The notes beneath the pieces were generated by a model, which ran no database searches, was not told where the DNA came from, and saw only the letters and a list, made by a program, of their open reading frames with translations. A stretch of DNA of 62,072 nt from Pirellulales bacterium (GTDB taxonomy: Bacteria; Planctomycetota; Planctomycetia; Pirellulales; JALHPA01), in NCBI GenBank assembly GCA_040901795.1, contig JBBDYH010000166.1:1-62072 (forward strand). The letters are read 5' to 3'. The position numbers and the translations under genes are program-made. Below are positions 11,202 to 21,770 of this stretch, piece by piece (the first letter of the stretch is position 1; each line of letters starts with the position of its first letter).

Positions 11202-12596
11202 ATGTCTCAACGGATCAAATCGAACGAGGAGTTCACGCGCCGTGCGCTATTGGGCGCCGGCGCCGCGGCGACGTTGACCGCGGCCTCTTATGCCCGCGTG
11301 CTGGGGGCGAACGACCGCGTCGGCGTTGGTTTTATCGGCTTCGGCCTGATCGGCAAGCGGCATGTGCTCGATTTCCAAGCCGAGGAGGACGCGGCGCTGG
11401 TGGCGATGGCCGAGACGCACAAGGGACGGCTCGACGAAGCAATCTCGGTGATGGGGTCGCAGGCGCGCGGCTACGGCGACTTCCGCAAGCTCTTGGAGAA
11501 CCACGACGTCGACGCGGTCGTGGTCTCGACGCCCGACCATTGGCACGCGCTGCAAACCATGATGGCCTGCGCGGCCGGCAAGGACGTGTACGTCGAAAAA
11601 CCGCTGACATTGTTTGTCCGTGAAGGGCGGTGGATGGCCGACGTGGCTCGGCGGCACAAGCGGGTCGTGCAGACTGGTACGCAGCAGCGCTCCGGTCCGC
11701 ATTACGCGAAAGCGCGGGAGTTGATTCAATCGGGGCACATTGGGCCGGTCACCTCGGTTCGGATGTCGGCGACTCGGAACATCATGCCGGGCTACGGCAG
11801 CCCGCCGGATGGGACACCGCCGCCGGAGCTCGATTACGACATGTGGCTGGGTCCTGCGCCGTTGCGGCCGTATAACCCCAACCGCTCGATCTATCACTTC
11901 CGCTGGTTCTGGGATTACTCGGGCGGGCAGATGACCAACCTCGCGGCGCACTCGATCGATATTCTCGATTGGTTTCTCGGCGCGGCGGGACCGACGGCGG
12001 TGTCGAGCGTGGGCGGGCGGTTTTCGCTGCGCGACAACGGCGAGACACCCGACACCCAGGACGCGATCTTTCAGTATCCGGAGTTCACGGCGGCATGGTG
12101 GCATCGCGAGGCGTCGGACGCCGAGGAATCGAGCACGCCGCTTACGTTCTTTGGACCGAAGGGAAGTCTGTCGGTCACGCGGCAGTCGCTGATGGTCATC
12201 CCGGATGTTCAGATCGATCCTGCACGCACCGTTCCACAGTTCAGCGGTCGCGGGCCGCAGGGAGGGCGTGCCCAGCGCTTGGCGGCGCGCCAAGGCCGGC
12301 CACGGTGGACTGAACCGATTTCGGATCGCTCCGGTGATGTTTATCAGCAGTTCAAGCTACACGTGCGGAACTTTCTGGACTGTGTGAAGTCGCGCGAGCA
12401 ACCGGTGTCGGATTTGGAGAGTGGGCATCGCGTGGCGACGGCGTGTCATCTTTCAAATCTCGCGCTGCGGTTGGGGCGGACGGTGCGTTGGGACGCCAAG
12501 CAGGAGACGGCGCTCGACGATGACAAGGCGGCGGCGATGCTCCAGCGGCCGTACCGGGCGCCATGGGATCGGGAGCTGAAGGTGCTGGTTAGCTGA
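11202..12596 (+). CDS. Tat-exported Gfo/Idh/MocA family oxidoreductase
   Basis: TRRALLG twin-arginine signal, GFGLIG, TPDHWH, VEKP, GTQQRS. Confidence 0.92.
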   Translation: MSQRIKSNEEFTRRALLGAGAAATLTAASYARVLGANDRVGVGFIGFGLIGKRHVLDFQAEEDAALVAMAETHKGRLDEAISVMGSQARGYGDFRKLLENHDVDAVVVSTPDHWHALQTMMACAAGKDVYVEKPLTLFVREGRWMADVARRHKRVVQTGTQQRSGPHYAKARELIQSGHIGPVTSVRMSATRNIMPGYGSPPDGTPPPELDYDMWLGPAPLRPYNPNRSIYHFRWFWDYSGGQMTNLAAHSIDILDWFLGAAGPTAVSSVGGRFSLRDNGETPDTQDAIFQYPEFTAAWWHREASDAEESSTPLTFFGPKGSLSVTRQSLMVIPDVQIDPARTVPQFSGRGPQGGRAQRLAARQGRPRWTEPISDRSGDVYQQFKLHVRNFLDCVKSREQPVSDLESGHRVATACHLSNLALRLGRTVRWDAKQETALDDDKAAAMLQRPYRAPWDRELKVLVS

Positions 12597-12653
12597 GAAT
12601 GACGAATGCCGAAATCCGAATGACGAAACAATGACGAATGTCGAATGACGAAG
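12597..12653. repeat. Degenerate heptamer repeat (GAATGAC-type)
   Basis: GAATGAC GAATGCC GAAATCC GAATGAC ... GAATGTC GAATGAC. Confidence 0.8.
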
Positions 12654-12660
12654 GAAGACC

Positions 12661-13740
12661 ATGTCGATCTCGCGACGACAATTCATGAAAAAGTGTGCGG
12701 CGGCGGCGGCGCCGATTATCGCGGAGTCTGCGTCCGCAATGGCCGATGAGCCGACGAAAACGGCGGAGCGTGACCACCAGACAGGCCGCCTTGGGATTGT
12801 GATCCACTCGTATGGCATTCGGCGAGGGCATCGTCCAAGCGGGTTTGCCGACCCGCTGGTGTTTTTGGAGTATTGCCGCAAGCTCGGCGCGGGGGGCGTG
12901 CAAGTGAGCCTCGGACGGGGCGACGATGCGTTTGTCGGCCGCGTGACCGATGCGGTTCGAGCAAGTGGCATGTACCTGGAGGGCATTGCCGGCCTGCCGC
13001 GCGACCAGGCCGACGTGGCTCGATTCAACGATGAGTTGCGTACGGCGAAGGAGTGTGGCGCGACGGTGGTGCGGACGGTGATGCTTTCGGGTCGGCGCTA
13101 TGAGACGTTCGACTCGGCGGATGCGTTTCGCAAATTCGCCGATCGAAGTTGGCAATCGCTGGTCTTGGCGAAGCCGGTTGTCGAGCGGCACGGCGTGCGG
13201 CTGGCGGTCGAGAATCACAAGGATTGGCGCGTGCCGGAGCTGTTGGGCATTCTCAAGCGGATCGACAGCCCGAACATCGGCGTCACGCTCGACACGGGCA
13301 ACAGTATCGCGCTGTTGGAAGAGCCCCACGAAGTGGTCGAGGCGTATGCGCCTTACACGTTCACGCTGCATTTCAAGGATATGGCGGTGGCCGAGTACAA
13401 CGACGGTTTTTTGCTCAGCGAGGTGCCGCTCGGCACAGGGTTCGTCGACCTGGCGCGGATCATCAAGCTGGTGCGCGACAAGCGGCCCGAGGCCAACTTT
13501 AACCTGGAAATGATCACGCGCGATCCCTTGCGCGTGCCCTGCCTGGGGACGAAGTATTGGGCCACGTTCGCCGACCTGCCGGCCAAGGAGCTCGCCCGCA
13601 CGCTGGCGATGGTCCGCGACACGGCCGCCAAGCAGCCGCTGCCGCGGATTTCGGACTTGAGCCTCGACGACAAGCTCGCGCGCGAGGATGAAAATGTGCG
13701 GGCGAGTTTGCAATTTGCCCGGCAACGCCTTTTTGCGTAG
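12661..13740 (+). CDS. Tat-exported sugar phosphate isomerase/epimerase (xylose-isomerase-like TIM barrel)
   Basis: SRRQFMK signal; metal ligands in ENH, DTGN, HFKD and NLE. Confidence 0.88.
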   Translation: MSISRRQFMKKCAAAAAPIIAESASAMADEPTKTAERDHQTGRLGIVIHSYGIRRGHRPSGFADPLVFLEYCRKLGAGGVQVSLGRGDDAFVGRVTDAVRASGMYLEGIAGLPRDQADVARFNDELRTAKECGATVVRTVMLSGRRYETFDSADAFRKFADRSWQSLVLAKPVVERHGVRLAVENHKDWRVPELLGILKRIDSPNIGVTLDTGNSIALLEEPHEVVEAYAPYTFTLHFKDMAVAEYNDGFLLSEVPLGTGFVDLARIIKLVRDKRPEANFNLEMITRDPLRVPCLGTKYWATFADLPAKELARTLAMVRDTAAKQPLPRISDLSLDDKLAREDENVRASLQFARQRLFA

Positions 13741-13898
13741 GCCTGGCTCGCGGCAATCCGCTGGACCACCAGCGCTGGACGAGGCGGGCCGTTCGCCCGT
13801 CTGGCCCCGACTCGATGCTTCGCGCTGCCGGCCCCCCGAAACGCACATTAGGTTCCTGATACCTTTCCCTTGCTCACGTTTCTCTCGCTAACTTTACT

Positions 13899-14705
13899 TC
13901 ACGCAATGCGACTCCCGGCGAAGCGGGCGGTATCGTCCGGGCGATGTTCCAACTTTCGCATGTTTCGCGCGAAATTGGGATCGCTGGTATTGGTGCCGAT
14001 GCCTTGAAGGAGCTGGTTCAAGTTCTTCTCGTACGCATCGAGCGACTTGAGAAAGTCATAGACCCCAGAACATGGGTTCAAACTTAGTTTGATGATCTTC
14101 TTCAAAAGCGTGTCGATCTCGTCGAGCTTTTTCACAGCCGCCGCCACCTTGGCGACGTAATAGGGCGCCTTAAACTTCCACGGCGTGATGGCCATCAGGG
14201 CCATGAGCGGCATCTTAAGTTTGTACATCATGGGAAGCGAAAAGTAGATCCGATGCCGCTCGGTAACAAACTGACCCTGCGTGTTCCTGAAACCGAGGTT
14301 CCAGGTGATATACCCGCCGACTTGGAAGAGGAGGATGACAGAACCTGCCCCCGAGGTGGATACCGTTGAACATACGAAGCTGATTCCCGTATCATCGTTT
14401 CGCTTGCCGGTCACCAGCGGGGACGGGTGGTTGGGATATAGCTCGATGTCAAGGTTCGACAGCACGACAGCGTTGCATTGAGCCGGCTGCTGCGCTGGCT
14501 GAGGCGCGTCGTAGCGGAACTTCACAAACAGCTTCTTAAGACATGAATGAATGGACATCTGTTTTGGCCTTAATCTGAGCTGCCGGCTTGCAACTGGAGA
14601 ATTTGCCGAACATCGGCAAGTTGGATTCTCGAAGCGATCCGCCAGGCCGCGTGTGGTTTTTTTGGGCCGCCGTTGCTTCCCATGACACTTTTTTGTTCGT
14701 GGCAC
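13899..14705 (-). CDS. Hypothetical protein (ORFan; alternative start at 14558)
   Basis: 268-codon ORF filling an otherwise empty, more AT-rich gap; no recognisable motif. Confidence 0.55.
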   Translation of the reverse strand: MPRTKKCHGKQRRPKKTTRGLADRFENPTCRCSANSPVASRQLRLRPKQMSIHSCLKKLFVKFRYDAPQPAQQPAQCNAVVLSNLDIELYPNHPSPLVTGKRNDDTGISFVCSTVSTSGAGSVILLFQVGGYITWNLGFRNTQGQFVTERHRIYFSLPMMYKLKMPLMALMAITPWKFKAPYYVAKVAAAVKKLDEIDTLLKKIIKLSLNPCSGVYDFLKSLDAYEKNLNQLLQGIGTNTSDPNFARNMRKLEHRPDDTARFAGSRIA

Positions 14706-14781
14706 ACGGAATTGCCAACCCTTACTCCATGGAGCGCAATTCGCGGATCGATGTTACAGACTTTATTAGTCCGCTGGCCGT

Positions 14782-15729
14782 CTACTGGAAGAGTCGCTCA
14801 ATCTCGGCAAGATCGGCGCTCGTGAGCTGGAGATCCGCCGCGCCGAACGTGCCTTGCGCTTGGGCGGCGTTGCGGGCGCCGACGATGGCGGCGGTGACAT
14901 TGGGGTTGGCCAGCGTCCAGGCGATGGCGACTTCGCCGGCGGTGCGGCCGTGGCGCTGGCCGATGGCACGCAAGAGCTCGGCAAGCTGGAGATGCCGCGT
15001 GAGCTGCGGTTCCTGGAAGCGCGGGTTGCGCGTGCGCCAGTCGTCAGGCGGAAGTGCTGCGATGCGCTCGCGCGTCATGGCGCCGGTTAGCAGACCGGAG
15101 CCCATCGGTGAGTAGACGATCACGCCGATGTTGTGTCTGCCGGCGTAGGGCAGAATGCCCTCTTCGGCTGTGCGGTTGACGAGCGAATACGGCGGTTGGA
15201 GTGAAGTAACGGGGGCAACCTTGCGAATCCGCTCCATCTGGTCGACGTTGAAGTTCGAAACGCCGATCCAGCGCACTTTGCCTTCTTCTTTAAGACGCAC
15301 GAGCGTCGCCCAACCTTCCTCGATGTCTTCCTCCGGCTCGGGCCAGTGGATTTGGTACAGGTCGATCACATCTACTTGCAAGCGGTCCAAGCTCGCTTCG
15401 CACTCGCGGCGAATCGAGTCGCCTTTGAGGCACTTCGTGATCTGCCGCTCGTTGGTCCAAGTGCGCGCGCATTTGGTGAAGACGTATGGCTTATTCGGTC
15501 GACCGGCAAGCGCTTTGGCGACGACCTCCTCGGAGTGGCCGAGGCCATACACCGCCGCGGTGTCGATCCAGTTGACGCCGCGATCGAGTGCGGCATGGAT
15601 GGCGGCAATTGAGTCAGAGTCTTCCTGCTGACCCCAGGCGAACGCCCAGCCTGAGCCGCCGAGTGCCCAGGCGCCAAAGCCGAGGCGCGTGATGTGCAGA
15701 TCCGAGTTGCCAAGATGGCGTGTGTCCAT
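14782..15729 (-). CDS. Aldo/keto reductase
   Basis: GFGAWALGG, IDTAAVYG, DLYQIHWP, GVSNF, YSPMGSGLL. Confidence 0.93.
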   Translation of the reverse strand: MDTRHLGNSDLHITRLGFGAWALGGSGWAFAWGQQEDSDSIAAIHAALDRGVNWIDTAAVYGLGHSEEVVAKALAGRPNKPYVFTKCARTWTNERQITKCLKGDSIRRECEASLDRLQVDVIDLYQIHWPEPEEDIEEGWATLVRLKEEGKVRWIGVSNFNVDQMERIRKVAPVTSLQPPYSLVNRTAEEGILPYAGRHNIGVIVYSPMGSGLLTGAMTRERIAALPPDDWRTRNPRFQEPQLTRHLQLAELLRAIGQRHGRTAGEVAIAWTLANPNVTAAIVGARNAAQAQGTFGAADLQLTSADLAEIERLFQ

Positions 15730-15782
15730 AGATGACAAAGGCTATAATAGAAAACGATCCTTATCAACAGCGAGGCACGGCC

Positions 15783-16394
15783 ATGTCTGCCACCGCCATA
15801 CGCACTGGTCACTACACGTTCGATGACTTTCTTCTGCTCATTAAAGAGCACGAGAAGGCGGATCTTTTAGATGGAGTGATCTACATGGCGTCCCCCGAGA
15901 GCACCGATGATAACGAACTTGGCGGCTGGCTCTATCGGCTAATGAGTGAATTTGCGAAGGAGACCAACCAAGGGAAGTGCTACTTTTCCCGCGTAGCTTT
16001 CCGCATCACCGATAAACGTGGTCCGGAGCCTGACGTGGCGTTTGTGGCCAAGGAGCGCTTACGGATCGTGGAACGAGGCTTTGTGGATGGTCCACCGGAT
16101 ATCGCCGTGGAGATCGTCAGCCCCGATAGCGCCCAGCGCGACTACGATCTCAAGATGAACATCTACGAAGCCGCGGGCGTCAAGGAGTATTGGGTCATTG
16201 ATCCTGACGAGCAGCGGGCAACCTTTCTACGGCGGCACGGCGAGCGGTTTGTGGAAGTCAAGCCGCAAGATGGCCGCTATGAGAGTCAGGTGCTCGTGGG
16301 ATTCTTTTTGGAAATTGCGTGGTTGTGGTCAAAAGAACGGCCGTCGCTTATGGCCGTCCTCCCGGGAATGCTGCGCGGACGTGATGGAACCTAG
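15783..16394 (+). CDS. Uma2 family (PD-(D/E)xK-like) endonuclease
   Basis: PEPDVAF, PPDIAVEIVSP, YEAAGVKEYWVIDP. Confidence 0.9.
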   Translation: MSATAIRTGHYTFDDFLLLIKEHEKADLLDGVIYMASPESTDDNELGGWLYRLMSEFAKETNQGKCYFSRVAFRITDKRGPEPDVAFVAKERLRIVERGFVDGPPDIAVEIVSPDSAQRDYDLKMNIYEAAGVKEYWVIDPDEQRATFLRRHGERFVEVKPQDGRYESQVLVGFFLEIAWLWSKERPSLMAVLPGMLRGRDGT

Positions 16395-16601
16395 GTCCGA
16401 TCGAAGCGATCGGCAACGTCGAGTGAGCACTTTGTTGTGCGCGTTTCCCGTTTTCGCACGCTGATTGTTCGAAGTCTGCTGTCACCGCGGAGACGGTCAG
16501 CAGTTTGGCACGGTCGGGAGACCGTGCCACAACCTTGGCAGGCGGAGCCTGCTGAGCAGGGCGTTCCCAAGCGGAGCCGAGCGGCGAGGGGGAAACGACG
16601 G

Positions 16602-16922
16602 TCAGCGCTTCAGCTCCACGACAATATTCCGCCATTTTCCGTCGCCGGCATTGATGGCCTCGTGAACGCTTTCGTCGGCGACTTCGCGGTAACGCACGTC
16701 GCCATCGCGCATCTCGCGGGGCGAGTCGCGGCTGCCGTCGGCGAACGCCGTTTGCAGCGCGCCGTCGCCGATGACAACGTACAGGAAGTCGTTGGTATGC
16801 CGATGCAAACCGGTGGATTCGCCCGGCGCGAGTTGCAAGTCCCACACGCGGACGCGGTCATTTTCGAACAACAACCGAGTGCCAACGTCCGGCGAGATTT
16901 CGCGTTTATTGGTCGTATTCAT
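16602..16922 (-). CDS. Cupin domain protein
   Basis: LFENDRVRVWDLQLAPGESTGLHRH...HEAINAG. Confidence 0.85.
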   Translation of the reverse strand: MNTTNKREISPDVGTRLLFENDRVRVWDLQLAPGESTGLHRHTNDFLYVVIGDGALQTAFADGSRDSPREMRDGDVRYREVADESVHEAINAGDGKWRNIVVELKR

Positions 16923-16940
16923 CGTTTACTCGAACACAAA

Positions 16941-17025
16941 TGGGGAATGTTAGATTGGGGAATGGGGAATGCGGAGCTGTGATCCTTCCACTTCATTCCC
17001 CATTCCCCATTCGGACATTCCGCAT
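16941..17025. repeat. Inverted heptamer repeat pair (GGGAATG / CATTCCC)
   Basis: GGGAATG-like units on the left and CATTCCC-like units on the right form a long imperfect hairpin. Confidence 0.75.
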
Positions 17026-17033
17026 TAAATCCC

Positions 17034-20000
17034 TCACTCCTCCGTCTGCACCGTCACCGCCATCACGATCGGGGCTGTGCGATCCCTTCCCTTGACCAGC
17101 TCGATCGATTCAATCATCTCGCTCCGCTTGGGTTCGATCGAAAGGTAACGGATTTGCTGGCCGCGGAGCCGGAAGGCCAGCTTCGACTCGGGCACGTCGA
17201 TCGGTCGGATGTAGTCCGCGAAGTGAATGCCGTCTTTCAGCTCGTGGTCTTCGGTCTGGCCGTCCGCATATTTCAGCCGCACGATCATCGACACCGTCGA
17301 GCGAGGATCGCCACCGTTGTAGCCCCAACCGCTGACGCCGCTTAAGAGGTGAATCCGCCTGGCCGGCGTCTTGCACGCCAGCGACACCGACCGCGGCATC
17401 TTGGGCGGCATGACGCCATTGGGGCTGTGCAGCAGAATCACGTTCTTCACCCGGCCCCCCTGCGGATCGACGAGCAAGAACGGCACGCCCTCGAACGTCT
17501 TCAGCGACCAATCGGAGAAGACGAGCCGCTCGACCGCCGATTCCTCATCTTGAAACATGCCGCGCGTGCTGGTGATGGTGGCGACCTTACGCAAATCGAG
17601 CGGCAGATACTTGCCGCGCTGCGCCATGAACTCCATCAGGTCGGCAATCGCCGCGACCGAGACTTGCTTCTCAAAGCCGTCGGGCATCAGCGACTTCGAC
17701 GACGTGGCCAGCTCTTCGATGTTCTCGCGCGCGATCGGGTGCCGCTTGCCTTCGGCGTCGAGGATTTCGATCGAGGTGCGCGTCTCGGTGGTCAACAGTC
17801 CGTTATAGACGAGGCCCTCGTCCGTCGTGACGGAGTATTGCACGTAGTTCCCTTCCACGCTGCGGCTGGGATCGAGCACGTGCACCAAGAGCTCCTCCTT
17901 CGGATGCACGGCCATGCCCGTGAGGTCCGGGCCAATGTGCACACCCTCGCCGCTGTGCGTGTGACACTTGGCGCATTGCTCCTTGAACACGGCCTTGCCT
18001 TTGACGGCGTCGCCGCCGGCCAGAACGAGCGGCGAGACCTCCTCGATCACCTTCTGCCGGTCGGCATCGGGCAGGCCGCCGCCTTGCGCCAGCAGCTTTT
18101 TGGCGCGCTCGGCGATCGACTTGTCCGGGTGCGCGGCGAGCGCCTGTTGCTGGTCGAGCGAGAGGTCGGTGATGCGGACGTTGCCAGCGTCAACCGCCGC
18201 GAGCAACGATTGCGTCGATTCGGCGCGACGCAGGATCGTTCGCACGAGCACGGGCCGCAGCGACGGCGTCGCGGCTTGCAGCGCGGCGACCAGCGCCTCG
18301 CCGGCCTCTTTCGCCTCGCTGGCGCCCACCGCCTCGACGAGCCCCGCCGCCAGATCCTGTGACGTGCGCGGTGTAATGAGGGCGAGCAACGTTGCGGCCG
18401 TCTCGGCATCGTTCTTCTTCATCTGCACAAGCTGCGCGGCCGCCTGACCACGCGCGGCGTCGGTCGCTTTTTCGTCGTTCACCGCCGCCAACAGCGTTGC
18501 CGCAATCTCGGTCGAGTACTTCTCGATCGCCCCGCTCCCCAGCCGCTCGGCCAACAGGATCAACTGGCTCTTGGCGGCCGGCGAAACGGTGACCAGCAAT
18601 CGAGCCAGCGCCTTCTCCGCCGGTTCATCGAGCTTGGCCGGAGCGTTCCGCGGCCAACCGCGCGCGAGTCCCGCCACGATCAGCTCGCCCGTGTCGCTGC
18701 GCGCATTCTGCAGCGCACCGACGAGCGCGCCGATGGTCTCGGCCGGTGCCCCGCGTGCGTAGTGTTCCGCGATTCGTCCCACCATTTCCGCCGCCTTGGG
18801 CGCGAGCCGCCGGTCCGACTCCCGCGCTGCGATCGCTTGCAAGAAGTGCAAGTCATGGGCGGCCGCGGCACTCGTCACCGCCTCGGGCAGCCAGCGGTCG
18901 TTGAGGTTCGCCGGATTCGCCATCGCGGCGACGACCGCGTCCGCGACGGCGGACGACGGCGGCATGTCGGCCAGCGCCAGCAGCGCCGCCAGCCGGACTT
19001 GAGCGTCGCGGTCCTGCATGCTCCTGGCCCCCAATACCGCGGTAACGGAGCGTTCATCACGCGGCAACACCGCCAGCGCATTTCGTCGCACGCCCGCTGA
19101 GGGATGCTTGAGCGCTGCTTCCGCCGCCTGCCGTGCCGCGGCATCGCTTTTCAGTGCGCCGAGGCCATCCAGCACATACAGCGCATGGATCGCCGCGGTG
19201 TTCAGGCCAATTGAATCTACTGATGGGTCATCAACGAGCTTGACCAGTTGCGGAACAACGTCTTGTTTGCCGCGCTCAACCAGCAGCCGCTGCGCATGCA
19301 ATCGCCAGAACTGGTTGTCGCTTTTCAAACCGGCGATCAGCGACTCACTATTGTTCGCATCAAGCTTAGGCTGCTCGTTCGAATCGACTTTGTTGTAGAC
19401 GATTCGATAAACCCGCCCATGCTTCTTGTCGCGGAGGTCCGTCTCGTAGGCGGCGCCGCGGCCGGTCCGAAAACCCTGCGGCGTGGGGTTGTGCTGCACG
19501 ATGTAGTTGTACCAATCGATCACCCACACGTTGCCGTCGGGCCCCACTTCAGCGGCGATCGGCGCAGTCCACTCATCACGGCTGGCCAGCAAGTTCCAGG
19601 AGTTGTGCGACGTGACGTCGCTCCCCTGCCGCTCCAGCAGAAACGTCGCCACCAGGTGCCCCGTCGGCTCGGCAACAAACGCCGTGCGGTTCCAATAGTG
19701 CTGTGGGTAGGTGCGGGCCGTATAGAGCGCATGCCCAGCTCCGGCCGTAAAGCCGCCGTGCCAATCGACTTGCCGCACCTTGTCCGTGATCGGATACATC
19801 CGGTTGTTGATGGCCGTGTTCCCCAGCACGGTGGGCGACCAGCCGCGGACGCGCTCGTAGTACCGGTTCGGGATCGGCAGGTAGACGCTCGGGCAGCCGT
19901 TCGCCGTCGAGCCAAAGACGAGGCCCTCCTCGCTGAAGCCGACGCCCCACGAGTTGTTGTTCGTGTTCCGCATAAACTCCAGCTTCGAGCCGTCGGGCTT

Positions 20001-21371
20001 GAAGCGGAAAAAACCCTGGCGGAAGTTGTGCCGCTCGCCGCCGACCGTGCCGCGGTAGCCGGAGTAACCCACCATGCCCCACACCCAGTTGTCAAATCCC
20101 CAGCGCAAGTTGCTCGGTCCGGCGTGCGTGTCGCGCGTCCCCCAACCGGTGAAGAGCACCTGCCGCTCATCGGCGCGGTCGTCGCCGTCGGTGTCGCGCA
20201 AAAAGAGCATGTCGGGCGCTTGGGAAACAATCACGCCATCGCCGTAACATACCAGGCTCGTCGGAATGCTCAGCTTGTCGGCGAAGACGGTGAACTTGTC
20301 GGCACGGCCGTCGCCATCGGTGTCTTCGCAGATTTTAATGCGGTCGCGGCCGCTGCCTTTCGGTTGCATCTCGTTGGGATAATCGAACGTCTCGGCGATC
20401 CACAGCCGCCCGCGGTGATCCCAGGTCATGGCAATCGGCTTGGTAATTTCCGGCTCGGCGGCGAACAGCCGCGGCTCGAAATCGCGCGGCACGACCAGAT
20501 GCTTGATCGACTCCTCCGTCGGAAGCGGCTTCTGCATTTGGCGAATCGGTTCTCCCTGCGTCCCCCAGCGTGCATTGGGCAGATAGTTGGGCAGGTTCGC
20601 CTCGGCGTATTCAAAAGCCTTCGCACCGGTCGGCTTCGGCGGTTGCGAATCGAAAACGTCCCCCTTATTGGCCGCCCAGCGGATACCGCGCTCGACGAGC
20701 GCTTGAAACTCCGGTTGGTTCCAAGTGCGGGCGTCGTGCCCATACGCCGTGTAGAACACCCGGCCGCGGCCCTCGCTGCGCAACCACGTCCACGGCTCCT
20801 CGCGGTCTCCCTCCCGGCGGACCTGCAGCACGATCCGGTCGCGCTCGTTGTGCCGGTGATGCACGTAAGTCTCGTCCCAAGTGCGAAACGGCGTCAGCCC
20901 GCGCATGACCGGATGGTCGGATTGCTTGACTTCTGTGTTGAACTCGCCAGTGCCATGGCTGCGGAACTGCCCTCCGACGAGGGCTATATACTTGGCCGAG
21001 TTCAAGAAGCAGTACGATCCGCAGTGCAGCACAACCAGTCCGCGGCCGCCGGCAACATAATCCAGAAGCGCCTGCTCTTGCTCCGGCTCAATCCGCTCGA
21101 TGTTGGCGTAGATAGCCAGCGCGTCGTACTTGCCGAGGGTCTCAGCGTTGAGGTCGCTCAGCTTCTCGGTATACGCAATCTCGATGCCGCGGTCGTACAT
21201 GACCGGGATAAGTTGGCGCGCCCGCTCTGCCGGACGGTGATGCCCTTGATCGCCCAGAAAGAGCACCGAGATCGTTTCGCTAGGTTCGGCGGGCTGCGCC
21301 CACGTTGGCGCCGTCATTAAGAACGACGCCAACCAGACGCCGCGAATCATCCATCGCTGAATCGAAAACAT
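17034..21371 (-). CDS. PVC-type heme-binding CxxCH protein with N-terminal ThuA-like domain, beta-propeller dehydrogenase-like domain and HEAT repeats
   Basis: Signal peptide; ThuA motifs (GRGRVFYTAYGH); DTDGDGRAD propeller repeats; CAKCH...GPDL...SLMPDG cytochrome c. Confidence 0.9.
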   Translation of the reverse strand: MFSIQRWMIRGVWLASFLMTAPTWAQPAEPSETISVLFLGDQGHHRPAERARQLIPVMYDRGIEIAYTEKLSDLNAETLGKYDALAIYANIERIEPEQEQALLDYVAGGRGLVVLHCGSYCFLNSAKYIALVGGQFRSHGTGEFNTEVKQSDHPVMRGLTPFRTWDETYVHHRHNERDRIVLQVRREGDREEPWTWLRSEGRGRVFYTAYGHDARTWNQPEFQALVERGIRWAANKGDVFDSQPPKPTGAKAFEYAEANLPNYLPNARWGTQGEPIRQMQKPLPTEESIKHLVVPRDFEPRLFAAEPEITKPIAMTWDHRGRLWIAETFDYPNEMQPKGSGRDRIKICEDTDGDGRADKFTVFADKLSIPTSLVCYGDGVIVSQAPDMLFLRDTDGDDRADERQVLFTGWGTRDTHAGPSNLRWGFDNWVWGMVGYSGYRGTVGGERHNFRQGFFRFKPDGSKLEFMRNTNNNSWGVGFSEEGLVFGSTANGCPSVYLPIPNRYYERVRGWSPTVLGNTAINNRMYPITDKVRQVDWHGGFTAGAGHALYTARTYPQHYWNRTAFVAEPTGHLVATFLLERQGSDVTSHNSWNLLASRDEWTAPIAAEVGPDGNVWVIDWYNYIVQHNPTPQGFRTGRGAAYETDLRDKKHGRVYRIVYNKVDSNEQPKLDANNSESLIAGLKSDNQFWRLHAQRLLVERGKQDVVPQLVKLVDDPSVDSIGLNTAAIHALYVLDGLGALKSDAAARQAAEAALKHPSAGVRRNALAVLPRDERSVTAVLGARSMQDRDAQVRLAALLALADMPPSSAVADAVVAAMANPANLNDRWLPEAVTSAAAAHDLHFLQAIAARESDRRLAPKAAEMVGRIAEHYARGAPAETIGALVGALQNARSDTGELIVAGLARGWPRNAPAKLDEPAEKALARLLVTVSPAAKSQLILLAERLGSGAIEKYSTEIAATLLAAVNDEKATDAARGQAAAQLVQMKKNDAETAATLLALITPRTSQDLAAGLVEAVGASEAKEAGEALVAALQAATPSLRPVLVRTILRRAESTQSLLAAVDAGNVRITDLSLDQQQALAAHPDKSIAERAKKLLAQGGGLPDADRQKVIEEVSPLVLAGGDAVKGKAVFKEQCAKCHTHSGEGVHIGPDLTGMAVHPKEELLVHVLDPSRSVEGNYVQYSVTTDEGLVYNGLLTTETRTSIEILDAEGKRHPIARENIEELATSSKSLMPDGFEKQVSVAAIADLMEFMAQRGKYLPLDLRKVATITSTRGMFQDEESAVERLVFSDWSLKTFEGVPFLLVDPQGGRVKNVILLHSPNGVMPPKMPRSVSLACKTPARRIHLLSGVSGWGYNGGDPRSTVSMIVRLKYADGQTEDHELKDGIHFADYIRPIDVPESKLAFRLRGQQIRYLSIEPKRSEMIESIELVKGRDRTAPIVMAVTVQTEE

Positions 21372-21741
21372 GTTGGGTTCCCGGTAAAGATTGCCGGACA
21401 TTCGGTTCGGACCATTTCAGTCGCTGCCATTGTAAGTTGACAGAGCATGGAACCCAAGGTCTCGGGTCAAGTGTAAAAGGCCCGGAGGGCACCCGGGCGA
21501 ATCTCTCTCTTCGAGCCTGTCTTCGACCCTGAGGCTCAGACCCGAAGGGAGCCTCAGAGCCGAAGGCCTAGACCGGCGCCTCGCGTCTCGGCGAGAAGCG
21601 GCTACGGGCCGCAGCGCCGTCTTGTAAAACCTTCCAGCTCGCTTTCCCCGTTTTTTCAAGCTCCATCGGCGTTCCTGGAACCTGACCGAGGCCCTGTAGC
21701 GATTGTGCCCATAGAATCGGCCAAAAAGCCGCCGCGTTTCT

Positions 21742-21770
21742 TTGACGGCGCTTAAATCATGACCTATACT
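21742..21770 (+). promoter_or_regulatory. Sigma70-type promoter upstream of the S41 peptidase
   Basis: TTGACG-17 bp-TATACT. Confidence 0.65.

Noticed and set aside
19248-21320. 690-aa plus-strand ORF and similar long overlapping ORFs (e.g. 3819-5141, 38919-40244, 12589-13848)
   Set aside because: Antisense to well-supported genes and without motifs.
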